64,000 nucleotides of DNA from Takakia lepidozioides (Eukaryota; Plantae; Bryophyta), in NCBI GenBank assembly GCA_030704615.1, contig CM060732.1, positions 83,018,001 through 83,082,000 on the forward strand, given 5' to 3'. The position numbers and the translations under genes are program-made. Below are positions 25,297 to 38,200 of this stretch, piece by piece. A model generated the notes under the pieces. That model did no database searches. It saw only the letters and a program-made list of their open reading frames with translations, and was not told the DNA's origin. Within the stretch, counting starts at the first letter, position 1; the number at the start of each line of letters is the position of its first letter.

Positions 25297-28200
25297 GTTT
25301 GGATGAAAGTAGGGCTCCGGGTCCGGCTGTACCGCCACGGCTTGCCTGTCTTTGTGTCCTTCGGCATACTGGAGTGGGGCACATAGTTGTAGAGGACATT
25401 GTAGGTAACAAGGTCCACAGCGGCATCAACAAGACGACCGTCGTTGCAGAATTTGAACGTAGACCCTCTCTTCACAAAACAATATGCCTCAAACACCAAT
25501 GTCTGCACATCCAACAAAAGAGGGATCAACTCCAGGGTCTAGTTCAGATACACCACAATATGAAGTGAATGCAATAGATTGATAACTTACACTCTGGCCC
25601 TCTGTTCGCAACCCCTGCGTATTGATGCAGAACCATTTTTTGAGGAGGACCGGGGTGACAATTTTTGGTGTCCACCTTGCCACAACATTGTCTGTGGTCT
25701 TCCCTCTTGTGGCAAGGACCACAATACATCCACCGTCATCCAGGAGCATCCCCGCCAGCCCAAACCCGGCTCTCCAGTAGTCCTCAGTAAACCTGTTCCA
25801 GGTGGGCACACCATCCAGGCCCTCCAGCAGCTCCCCATTTGGAATATCGAGGAGAATCATATCGTAGGCTCTCTCCACCTCAACCCCCCCCCCCCCCCCC
25901 CCGAGTGCTCTTGCAATCCGTGCTCATAGCCGTGAAGAATTCCATCATGGATTCAAAACCAGGGGTGTCTTTAGGCTCTGTACTGGGAGCCCTCTTCTTG
26001 GCTTTCCCCTTCAGCTCCTCCACAGACTTGTTGTGTACCACCTTCTTCGCCCTGGCAGCCAGAGCGTCAAGCTCTCATTGACACATTGGATGATGGTCGG
26101 GGGTTCTAGCTTTGGCCTCTGCGGAAATGTCACCGCCGGATACCGCCGTGTAGGCTCGCCCTCAAATGCCAACTTCTTGGCAGAGCCAATCCCAGTCCGA
26201 ACTGACTTGGGAACCCGGACGACCGGTGACTTGGTACCAGCAGCAGCAGTCGCAGGACCTTGCACAAAGTCGTCGTCGGAGTCACTCCCTTGGGGCCCCT
26301 CCTGCGCCTCCTCTGGTGCCCCGGTGGTTTTCTGTTTTTTGGGGGTTACTGTACTCCCCTGTTTCCGTGTCCTTTTCTTTTGACCTTTATTCTTCTCATT
26401 CAATTTCTCCTGAATACCTGCCTGAGCAAGCTCTGCCGCTTTCCGGGACTTGGCAAGCGCTTTTGCCTCCTTTGGACCCAGCGGAGGCAGCGGAGCCCGG
26501 TTTCGTCGGGCCTCCGCATCCAGCTTCAATTGAAACTCGGATGAGTCGAGCGAGCTGGGCGGAAGGTCCACATACCAAGGGCAGTCGCGCAAATGTTCTA
26601 GATGCCACTCCTTCACGATAACGTCAGTGTACATGGAGTCAGCCCCAGGGTTCCTCCATGCGAGGAAGAATGGCGACTCGAAGGACAGATGATCTTTCTC
26701 CAAAAGGGAGTACTTGCAGTACCTGCATTCAAGAAACACACACATAATGAGGTCCCGGGAACAAGGTAAATTATAGGGAATGAAACTGCAAAATAGACGC
26801 GAAAAATGGCGCCGAATAGACGAATAGACGCCGAATTGACTGGGCTTGGAACTGGAAAAATGGCGCCGAATTTCCAGTTTCGGTGCCAGCCACCCTAGGG
26901 ACAGCCATTTTTGGGGCCCTGAAGTGGAAATTCGGCGCCATTTTCCCAGATTGGGGCTGAAAATGGCTAAGTCCCAGAACTGATTGGGCCCGGAACTGGA
27001 AAAATGGCGCCGAATTTCCAATTTCAGTGCCAGCCACCCCAGGGACAGCCATTTTTGGGGCCCTGAAGTGGAAATTCGGCGCCATTTTCCCAGACTGGGG
27101 CCGAAAATGGCCAAGTCCCAGAACTGATTGGGGCCGGAACTGGAAAAATGGCGCCGAATTTCCAGTTTTGGTGCCAGCCACCCAAGGGACTTAGCCATTT
27201 TCGGGGCCTTGAACTGGAAATTCGGCGCCATTTTCCCAGATTGGGGCCGAAAATGGCGAAGTCCCAGAACTGATTGGGGCCGAAACTGGAAAAATGGCAC
27301 CGAATTTCCGGTTTCGGTGCCAGCCATCCAAGGGACTTAGCCATTTTCGGGGTCCTGAACTGGAAATTCGGCGCCATTTTTTCAGGTTGGGGCCGAAAAT
27401 GGCTAAGTCCCAGAACTGACTGGGCCGGGGAGTGGAAAAATGGCTCCGAATTTCCGGTTTCGGTGCCAGACACCCCAATGACTTAGCCATTTTCGGGGCC
27501 CAGAACTGGAAATGCGGCGCCATTTTCCCAGGTTGGGGCCGAGAATGGCTAAGTCCCAGATCTGACTGGGCCTGCAACTGGAAAAGTGGCGCCGAATTTC
27601 CAGACTGAGTGCCAGCCACCCCCTGGACAGCCATCCCCCAGGGCCCGAATCTGGAAATTCGGCGCCATTTTTCCAAGGACTTCTTCACAACAAATTTTCA
27701 TGCGCCACATAAGGCCTCTTAAATCCTCAAAATGTAGGGACTAAAAAGAAAGGCATCGCGTATGTACCTGTACAGAAGACGCATTGCCGCTTTGTCCGCG
27801 TTCGGCTGGTCGGTGAACTCGTGGCTCCGGCGGGCATGGGGTATCTCTCCAAAGAATAGGTCGGTTTTGTAGAGCAGAAAGTACCTCGTCACATAGTCGC
27901 ATAGGCTCTCTGCTTCACCAGAAATCTCCAGCTTAAACTGATGTGCTTGTGTGTCAAGCTGCTCTTGCGCATTTGTTGTCACCTGTGGAGATTCTCCCTC
28001 AGACCGCTTTCCTCAAAAAATACAATAAATCCATCCGATACAAGAGTAGAAGCCCCAAATGAAGCATGGGAAAGTACCTGAAACCACCATGTCATGCGGT
28101 TCATCCACATGTCGAATGTGTGGTCGGACAGTTTGCCGGGTTTGGGGAAGCTCCACATGTCCCTTGTACTTTGGGAACCATTCCAGATTTGGAGCCACCG

Positions 28201-29994
28201 GGTCTGTCCAACCACCCAGCATATTAGTAAGCGCCAAACACCACAAAAACGAATTGCTGCCACGACATTTTTGGTTAAAAATGTATAACCTTTTCTGTTG
28301 CATCCACACAGGATGTGGCTAGACGATGTAGCTTCTCTAATGTCATCGTGGGCTTCAGAGCGCGGGAGTAGTGCTTCCCCACCTCCACCAGAAAGTCGGC
28401 ACCAAGGGCGGGAAAAGCTATGGCCACGTACTTTACCATCCGCGACTTGTACTTTATGCGGGCCTTTGCCTCCGCAGCTTTGAGATACAATTCCAGTGCC
28501 GGGAGGGTTAGTTTCTTCTCCTCTGACTCCATGTAGAACCTCCGCGCATGTGCCAAATCCTACTGAATTTTCGTCTGTCAAGAATGCGCAGATATGATTA
28601 GAAATCCTGGTCAACACTTTTTCTTCTATTGGGGGAGGAGAGACAGATAAGCTGAACAAAACAGTCAGGAGCTTTCCCCGAAATATGTAGTCCACCATGG
28701 CGTCCATGCTCAGCCTATACCAGGTTCTGTTTGCCTTTGCCTCCGACTTGCGCAGCAGGTCGGCACTGAGCGAATTGGCAAACTCTTGCACCCCCTGCTT
28801 CCCGACATCCTTCACTCGGAAGAGCATATGGGACAAGTTGGTGGCAATGAAGGCATTCTCAGTCACCTTGCAATGCCACATTTCCATTAAACAATACAGA
28901 AATAAGAATTTGCAACAAATATGACGATTGGCAATGAAGTGACTGTTTCAAATTCAAAGTTCCAAAGCAAGAGGCATTGTAACTTACGAGTTGATGTCTG
29001 CCATTGCCGCTTTGAGAAGACTGCGATCTTTGGGCCCCGCAACCTTGAGCACAACACACTCCACGACAAAATGCCAATCCAGGTCGTTGGGGTGGGCTTG
29101 GGCTATGTACTCCATCCATGCCAGGAGGCGATGATTGTCGTCCCACACGTAAAACATCTTTCCGGACAAGTGCTGGAAAAGAGGATCAGTAGCAATCAAT
29201 CTCTCGAACTCCTCATTTCGCCTTTGCCAATGGGGACCCCATTTGTCCACCTCATCGGAAGTGTGGGCACGAGAAGCTCCGTGGTCGTTCTCCATGGAAA
29301 CGTAAAACGCAGCAGACCCCATTCGATATCCCTCCCGGAAAGAGAATTTCAGCTTGTCGATATCACCTGGGAGGGCAGGTCTCACCACCTGCAATGAAAC
29401 CAAGTGGCAAAGGGGAATCCGAAGCTTGGCCGGGTACACCGTGCCCCCCAGGACCCTGCCAATGTTGCTGTGGGTTGCCTCCAACATCTTGGCAGCACCC
29501 AACTTCATATCTGCCTCCGACATGACGTCTGTTGCAGGGGGGTTCTCCGGCAGCCCACCCGGACCGCCAAATCCAGCCTGTATGCTCCGGGTTTGGGGCC
29601 TGGGGATGTCCGGGAGGATGTCATCCTGGTCAGAAAGCTCCCTCTCGTCGTCCTCAACATGGTCAACCACCGCCGGAACCACCTCGAGCACTCTCCCCGT
29701 CTCTACTGCCCTCTCCCCGGCTTCACCTCGAACTTCCACAATCCGTGCTCTTTGTGGTGTTGTTTCCCCTCCTCCAGTCTCCACCGTATGGGTAATTTGG
29801 TGGGTTGCTCCCACCCGCGATGGTGTAACCGGTGTGTTACTGCCTGTTTGTGGTGTCTTGGAGGGATCCACCGTCTCTGTGCGTCCCTCGCTTACATGGG
29901 CATCTTTTGTGGCTGGTGACGATAATGCGGAGGCGAGCAACTCAGACCGACGACGAGCAGGTGGATGATAAAGGAACCCTAAGCTTGTTGGCAC
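25297..29994 (-). pseudogene. Cargo gene copy 2: ParB/Srx-like domain, helical region and beta-class MTase fold (3'-truncated after TFIQT)
   Basis: LRIPLCHLVSLQVVRPALPGDIDKLKFSFREGY...FYVWDDNHRLLAW (ParB-like). Downstream exons are inverted homologues of copy 1 (YDMILLDIPNG, LLDDGGC, FEAYCFVK) with the same intron positions. Confidence 0.75.
26800..27680. repeat. Intronic tandem array, ~145-bp unit x ~6, same GGCGCC-core motif
   Basis: (A)CTGGAAAAATGGC-like sequence recurs at about 26851, 26995, 27139, 27285, 27431 and 27578, within intron 26723-27767 of copy 2. Confidence 0.93.
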
Positions 29995-32900
29995 CCGATG
30001 ATTTCAGTTCTTCTCCACTCCATTCACTGCGAGAGGCACAAGAAGAAGCCATAGCAATCATAGTGAAAAGACCCTACACCCTTTTTCTCCAGTTCAACCA
30101 CTGCTTTCCCTTTCCTTGAGGTCTGACCATCCTACTCGCATGCAGCCTCTCCGAAACCAGGTGGCGGCGATGGAGAAGGGCAGCAAAAGGGACGGATCAG
30201 GACCATCAGGCCCAGGAGAGAACCCGACATAGGTTTGTTTCTACACCTTACTTTTGTTTGTGAGAACACTGTCCAGGGTTGTGTCAACAAAACCCTGAAA
30301 CGCGATCTCTATTGAAACACATCCCGCATGCATTTCGGAGCTAGAGAGAGCACAAGGCCATGTTTGAGAGACCTCCAGAACAGGCTTGCGGTGACGCAAG
30401 CCTGATCATGTGGAGCTCTTTGGCAGCTTCAAGTTCCTCCATTGTTGTGAATCTCCTCGGTTGTCTGCTATGAAGGCAGGGCTCCCTCTTACAATGACTG
30501 TGAATAAACACTGAGGTTTTCAGACCTCCATACCAGGCTTGCGTTGACGCAAGCCTGAAATGGAGGCTCTGAAATCCTCTGCAGGAGCCCATGAGTTTTG
30601 TGGCAAAGCTTGTATGGGAGTCGTAATGTGTGCGTAAGATAGGAGAAATGTCTTATGGGAGAGTGCATGTTTGAGGTCCAAAGCATGCTTGCATTGACGC
30701 CCATGGAAACTGGAGGCTGCAAATGCCCCGTTTCCAGGACTTCCGCATTCGGTTTGTGCTTTGGATGTGGGTGCTTGCAAGACCTCCATGTTATGCTTGC
30801 GTTGACGCAAGCCTGATATTGAGGGCTCAAAGGCACCCACATTTCAATTGGAATGCTCACACCTGTATCTCCTATTTCTTGTGGTGAGCAGAAGAAGAGG
30901 AGGAAGGGCAAAGAACTTGTTGTGGCGGCTGCCGTCCAGACAGAAGTGCAGGACACTGATTTGGATTACAAGGGCAGAGCCATCAAGATTATGGCGGGGT
31001 CCAAGGTGAAATCACGACAGGTAATCCGGTCCATGATGGTTATGGAGGCAAACATTATGATACCCCTTTGCAGGATGATTTCAATGCCCGTTGTTTGCCC
31101 TGCCCTGACGGGAGATATCAGGAAGCTCCAGGGAGATTTTGTGCACGGGTATGTGTTTGGAACCCCAATTTTTTACATTTCTGTAGGAGATTCCAATGGG
31201 AACGAGAGAGTGGTTGACGAGGAGATCATGGATAAGTGGGATGACTATTGGAGGGAAGTCAATTTGGAGTTCGAGCAGTATCTGTCCAGGAGTCTCGAGT
31301 TGCAGGTGTATAGTAACAAGATGTTCTTTGTGTGGGACGGAAACCACCACTTGCTTGCACGGATGGAGTACATCGAGTCCATGCATCTAGAGGAGAAAGA
31401 ATGGCACTACTCGGTTGCGGCATGCGTTTCGGATCTGAGGGGGAACATCACCCAGCTACTAACAGCCATGCATGATATCAACAAGTGAGTGTTCTTAATT
31501 CATCACCAGCTTCTGCCTAAACTTCACCTTCATTTCATTGTCATGAGGCCCTTTGTGTCTTTGTTTCACACTGGGTTTGATTTTGCAGGCAGACAGAGTC
31601 TTCCCATGTCACAACAAATTTGGTGCACACACTCTTCAGGATGCAAAAGCTGGGAAGGATGCCATTGTCCAGCTTCAAGACTATTCTGACCTCTGAGGCC
31701 TTCAAGAAATGCGAGACCTCTAAAAGGGCAAAAACATGGTACACACTCACCAGGGATGCGTTCTCGGAATACTTGTACACGGTAAGTCCTGCATTTGAGA
31801 GTTTGTTTTCATTCTAGACCTGCACAAGCTCAGGCCAACGACGCTACCGCGTGAGCGTGTGAGCGTATGCTCACACAATGATGATGTGGCGTGAGCCTAC
31901 GCTCACGTAGCTGACGTGGCGCTGATGCTGACGTGGCATGAGCCTGGTCTAGGTCATGCCACGTCACCACAAAGAAGGTGGGCCTATAACCGTGGGGCCC
32001 CCAACTGCTGATTTCACCACATGAAGGTGAAACGGAGGAAGGATTTCGGGCTTTCCTGGAGTTCAACCTTCTGTTAACAGGAGCTTCATTTCCTAGAACT
32101 GAAATGAACGTTGTGTTAACACGAGGTTGTTTTCCTAGAACTAAAATCAACCTCGTGTTGACACGATGTTGTTTTCTTAGAACTAAAATCAACCTTGTGT
32201 CGGCACAAGGGGGATTTGGAAAACTCCAAGTAAACCTCGTGTTAACACGAGGTTGATTTGATCATCTGTCTATCTGAAGGTAGTTTCTTGTGCTTGCTAA
32301 TGAAAACAGAATGACAAACCAATGCGACAAATGCATTGACCCATGCATAGCAAAGATGTTAGACGACATACATTGAGAGACACTAGACTTGAATAGTCAT
32401 TCCATTACAAGTTGTAGTCAAGGAAAACACAGATTTTGGAGTGTCAAGTGCATGCTTTCTATGGGCTTGTATCATGCTGTAGAAGTGTGTTGACTTCGTT
32501 GAAACTCATAGTGGCTTCGTGAATGAAGAAATCCCACTTTGGATCACAAACCATCCTTCTCAAGAAGACGAAGTAAAGGTGTTTGCACAGTATGAACTTC
32601 CCTTTCTTTCCCAAACTACTTGAAAGCATACCAACAAAATCAGGACAGGTACAATTGGGAAAATTGGAAACAGTGATGTCGTACGTCTTGTCCTGCAGCG
32701 CAGATGCGGATGAGATCATGGGGAAGACCCGACCATACCCTGGATCAGGCACTTCCATTGTTCCCGCAACACGAGCGTGAAGCTTTCTCGCGGACTCGAT
32801 TTTGCCATAGTGTTCTGCGGTTGGAGGGAATCGTCGAACCAGCTTCCCATTCCGTCTGGTTGGCCACAAGTGAGCATCAGGCGGAGGTACCCGTGAACCG

Positions 32901-34462
32901 CTTGTACTTGAAGCACCTTCACGTGTAATGGAATGTCTGGCTAGGGAGAAACCCGCCTCTTCCAGCATTGCGATCACTTGGTGAGTGAGACCTGTGCCCA
33001 TCTTCACAGGCCACACGGTTGGTGGAGTAGGTTTCCTCACCACGAAGGACCTCACTGTCCCACGCACACATCTCCCGCAATCGTCAGCGCAAAACCAGAA
33101 CTTGTGGTTCTTTGCCTCTCCTTGGCCATAAGGGAGAAACAAACCAGTGAATGTAGGAGCTGCAGTGCGTTCTTTCCCTCTGGATATTAATGATGTACAT
33201 TTTTCATGATTGGTGGCCCTGATCGCCGCGCATTTCACACGTGATCCAGCACTTGTGCGTTCTATATGCCAAACCTCGTCCAAGCACATGGACTCTATTA
33301 CATGCGGCACCACGCTCTGGTCTTCAACCATTGTAGTGACAGTGCTTGATGCAGGGGTCCGGTCTGGGGCAGAATGGCCCTCACCTGTGGATGTTCCGCA
33401 ATTCCATCTCTGATCCAAGGGAACACGTGGCGTTGAGAAGTTGACCCTATCCGCCCTATGGGAATCTGCATCCGATCCGGGAGGGGTATCCAATTTCCGT
33501 TTGCAAGACCCGAATCTCTCTTTGCCTTCCAGATGGGGAACTCTTCCCACGAGAAGGGTGCCATCTGCACATATGCTCACTGCCCGCGCTATTTTGCTGG
33601 GATCCCCCGATCTTCTGGCTGCCCGCAACATCAACTCGCTCCTGTCCGGGCCTTTGCCTCCAAGGCCACCCCTCGAGAATGACATGTATCTGGTTTGCTG
33701 CTGCAGAGCACGGATAAGGTCATCGGCCGTAGCCGCATACAAATCTCTTCCCTTTTTGCCGGATTGCTGCAACCAGGCATTGTGCACTATCTCCGCTAGA
33801 TTGCAAGACGGCATGTCCGCCATCTCCTCAATGGACATATGCTGCAAGGCAAAAAAACACAAAGCCAATATTAGGATGGGACCCTGAAAGATATATCCGA
33901 AGCACCCAAAGGAAGGTGAATGCAAACCGCTCACCGTTGTCATGGCCGCTCCCCATTGTCGGTAACGGAAGTGCCAAAATGTGAACCAGTTTTCCAATGC
34001 CCTCATGTTGTCCTCCGATGCCGCTCCAGATGAGTACCACCAGGCACGAATTGTCTGGAACAATGTATTTGCTTCCCCTATAGTTTTGGCTTCTTTGTAC
34101 TGTTTGCACAGTTGATGATGCATACTCTGCATATCTGGCTTAATGTCTGCCTTTGTGTGTTTGTCCAAGGATTGTGTCCAATGGAAAAGACACGTACGTT
34201 GTCTTCCAGACATTGGCACTTTTGGATCTCCCGTCCCGAATACAATGCGGACAGCGTTGAAGTTAGCTTGAGCACTGTCGGCCATGAAACCAACAAAATT
34301 GGGAGATGGGAGACCATTGGAGGCCATAACACGAATGAGAGCTTCCCACATGAGCTGCTGTGAATCTGTGTCCTCTGACTGCATGTCACACACTGCAATT
34401 GTCATGACACGCTGGTACACAGGGTCGTAAACATGACATGCCATTGTGGTCCAGTCTTTAAC

Positions 34463-35185
34463 TGTCGCGGCCCTTTGCCTTGAGGGCAAGGGGGTCGGGA
34501 CACATGAGGGGTTGCAGTGGGGGCAGCGGCAGCGATAGGTATGGGGGGCTGAAGCACCCTTGAGTGCTCAAGGCACCCAAGGAGGCGGAGGCGCTCACTA
34601 GGTGGAGCCCCGCACACCGGGTTGCGGTGGGGGTGGCTCCACAAGGGGTGGTGGTAGCTTAGCGGGACTTAGTGGGGGTGGCATAGGACTCACCATGGGG
34701 GCGGAGACCTCGTGGTGGGAGTCGTGGGGAGTCTTGGGACTCATCACGGTCCATAGGGGCCGTAGTGAGTGGGCCAAGACTCACCGCGACTCATCACCGG
34801 GAGTCGAGGGTTTTCGTGGTGGTTCGCCATAAAATGGCATGGCTGGTTGTGAAACCCCCGCGGACAGCTATAGAAGTATATATAAGGGGAGTAGTGACCC
34901 CGAGAACGGTGCAAGCCCGTTGGTGACCAAAAACTAGTGAGTAAGCGAGCGAGCCGGAAAGCGACCAAAGAGTGGGGAGCTGTTCCGGACTGCCATCTAC
35001 CAAAGGGAATTCTCCTAGTCCCAAATAGGTGGAGGGTTTAGTGGGAAGCAAAGGGGGACCGTTATGTCCCGGTGAGCAGCCGAAGCTCCAAGTTGGCCCA
35101 GGCGGCCAGGTTGGGAGTCAGGCGCGCGCATCAAAGCGAGTAACTATGACTTGAAGGGGAGCTTATCGAAGTGAGGTGCGCGACA
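34463..35185 (+). repeat. 5' LTR
   Basis: TGTCGCGG...GCGCGACA, with TATATAA at ~34877-34885; matches 40680-41390. Confidence 0.97.
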
Positions 35186-35187
35186 CT

Positions 35188-35199
35188 TGGTATCAGAGC
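35188..35199 (+). promoter_or_regulatory. Primer binding site (initiator tRNA-Met)
   Basis: TGGTATCAGAGC, 2 nt after the 5' LTR. Confidence 0.92.
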
Positions 35200-35240
35200 T
35201 TAGAGTTCAGTACGCAATCGTCCTTGGGATTGGCCTCATC

Positions 35241-38200
35241 ATGGGGTCGGGCAAGCCAAAGCGAAAGCGGAACGGCCCAAAAGATGATGATCCTAGTGAG
35301 CCCGATGGGGGCGACGTGTCACCGAAGCGGCCGTTTGAGGAAGCAACGCAGGTTTCTGAAAGCGAGGCCGCTCAAGAGCGGGAGGAATCTGAGGAGTCGG
35401 AGCCCGAGGAATCCGTGAGAGCTCCGACCCACCAACAGATGCCTCCCATGCCGGCAGCCTTTTGGGAAGGGTTGTTGGCGCAGTTTGGCGGGACGTTGAA
35501 AGACGTGTTGAAGGCGGCTAATGCCACTTCCACTAAGGCAAAGTTTAAGGTGAAGCCTAAGGAACCCGGCACCTTCGAGGGCATCCGAAATCAGAAGGCA
35601 CTCAACACCTGGCTCCTGGAGCTAGAGCAGTACTTCCGGGCGGCCAAGTTGAGTGACGAGGATCGGGTGGAAGTGGCTCCCACCTATTTGAGGGGCTATG
35701 CTCAACAATGGTGGCAGAAATGCCTTCACGACCGAGGTCCAAGCCCAGAAACCTTGGACTGGAGTGGGTTCAAGGAATTGATGAAGAGACAGTTTGTGCC
35801 CCTCAATGCGTCCTGGCTTGCCCGGGACAAGATGAGGAATTTGAAGCAAACAGATGACATTCGGGGTATGTCCAGGCTTTCAATGTGCTGTTGCTCGAAG
35901 TCGCGGACATGGCAAAACCAGAAATGGTCTTCAACTTTGTGGCGGGACTGGCCCCATGGGCCAGGCGGAAGTTGGAGGAGAAGCCACCCAAGACTTTGAA
36001 CCAATTGAGAGGGCTGAATGTTTCTCGGATATCCCTAGGGGTGAGAGACAAGGCCGTACGGAGCTGAACCACAAGAAAACCTGGCGGGAAGGTGACTCCT
36101 CCGACGGAAAAGAAGTGGGATAGGCCACGCGGCGACAATGGCATGTGGAAATCAAAGGGAGGGCCTTCACACGTCAAGGCGGCGGCACCCGGTGCTTCGA
36201 AAGGAAAAGCGGGTGGAGCGGCTTATGGCGGACAGAAGGCGACCTTTGATGGAGTGTGTGATTCAATTGCGGGGAGCCCGGGCACATGGCCAAGAAGTGC
36301 ACAAAACCCGACAATTGAACATGACTCGGGCAACCAGGGAGCTGTCGGAAGATACCATCAGTCGCTTGGTGGAAGCGGTGGTCGCCAGGACTTGCAAGGT
36401 AGGCAACTATTCTTGTGAGTTGTATCAGGAAATTGGTGCCCTGCGTAAAGGGAGTCAGTTATTGTTCGTGGATGGATAATATCCGGAACTAACGTGTCGT
36501 TGTTCGTGGACACAGGAGCGTCGCACTCCTTTATGACGCCGGCGGCGGCGCGAAAGTTGGGACTCCCGACAAGTGACGTGGGGGCCTCTATTGAGGTGCG
36601 TTCTGCCAAAGGAGAACCACAGTTGGCGACAAGGTTGGCGTTTGATGTTCCTCTTCAACTGGGAGTTGGGAGGGACGTGAGAACTTCACCATCTGCGAGA
36701 TCGATGGAGTGGATCTCATTTGGGGATGATCTTTTTGAGCAAATCCGGAGCGGTCATAGATGGCCGCAAGAGAGTAGTCACGCTGCCATGTGGGAATGGT
36801 GGCGAGGTTTACGAGTGTCGGAAACGCCCAAATCCGTGGGAGGGCGATAAAACCTTCTGTCAGCAAAGGAGTGGGCCGTGGAGGAGGCACACGAGCCCAA
36901 TTTTTGCTTTACATTAGAGAAGTGTGAAAGGAGAAGGCGATGGGGAGCCGAGCCCAGATTGGATCAAGGGGATTTTGGAGAAAATACCAGGATGTGATGC
37001 CGGAGGATTTACCAAGCGGCTTGCCACCGCGAAGAGGAGTTGACCACAAGATTGAGGTGATATCGGGATCGGAACCGCCTGCCAAGGCGCCCTACCGGTT
37101 GAGCCACAAAGAGTTGGTCGAGCTGAAGACTCAGCTCAAGGATCTAATGTCAAAGGGGGTACATCCGGCCGAGTAAGTCACCTTACGGAGCCCCGGTGCT
37201 ATTGCAGACAAGAAGGATGGACGCTGCGGATGTGTGTCGATTACAGGGCTCTGAATAAGGTGACTATCAAAACCGGTACCCTTTGCCAAGGATGACGACC
37301 TCTTCGATCGGTTGGCAGGAGAGCGAAGTATTTCAGCCGGATCGACTTGCGCTCCGGCTATCATCAAATTCGGGTGGCGGAAGGAGATGAGGAGAAGACC
37401 GCGTGTAGGACAAGGTATGGTTCATATGAGTTCTTGGTGATGCCTTTTGGGCTCACCAATGCACTAGCGACATTTAGCACGCTAATGAACAGCCTTTTCC
37501 AGGAGTGGTTGGATGACTTTGTGATCGTGTACATCGACGACATCTTGGTGTACTCGAAAACAAAGGAAGAACACCTGGAGCACCTAAAAGGGTGTTCCAA
37601 AAATTGCGAGAAGGGAAGCTGTATGCCAAAGCTTCAAAGTGCGAATTCGGGGTCACAGAAGTGGAGTTCCTGGGGCATGTGATTACACAGGATGGGATCA
37701 AAATGGATGACAGAAAGGTGAGGGCGATCTTGGACTTGGGAGCCTCCGACTTCGGTCCCGGGAGTGCGATCCTTCCTAGGATTCGCCTCCTATTACCGGA
37801 AGTATGTGAGAAATTTCGCCAAGATCGCGGGGCCGTTGTCGACCTTCTGTGTAAATCCAAAGAATGGAATACATTTTGTGGCCAAGCTTTTGCTGAATTG
37901 AAGCAGCGGATGGCGGAAGCTCCAGTCTTGAAAATCCCGGAGTTCGATCGTCCATTTGAGATTCATACAGATGCGTCGGACTTCGTGATTGGGGTGTACT
38001 TATGCAAGATGGACGTCCAGTGGCTTACGAAAGTAAGAAACTGAATGAAGTGGAGCGACGGTGGCCGACGCACAAAAAAGATATGAAGGCGGTGGTGCAT
38101 TGCCTCGAGCTTTGGCGCCACTATGTTGGTTCCAACCCAGTGAAGGTGTTCACGGACAATGTCACGGTGAAGTATTTTGCCACGCAGCCCAAGTTGTCCC

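Noticed and set aside
26011-27688. Long ORFs (438, 165 and 149 aa) through the repeat array
   Set aside because: The repetitive parts lie in intron 26723-27767. Only the part from 26722 downward is homologous coding sequence.
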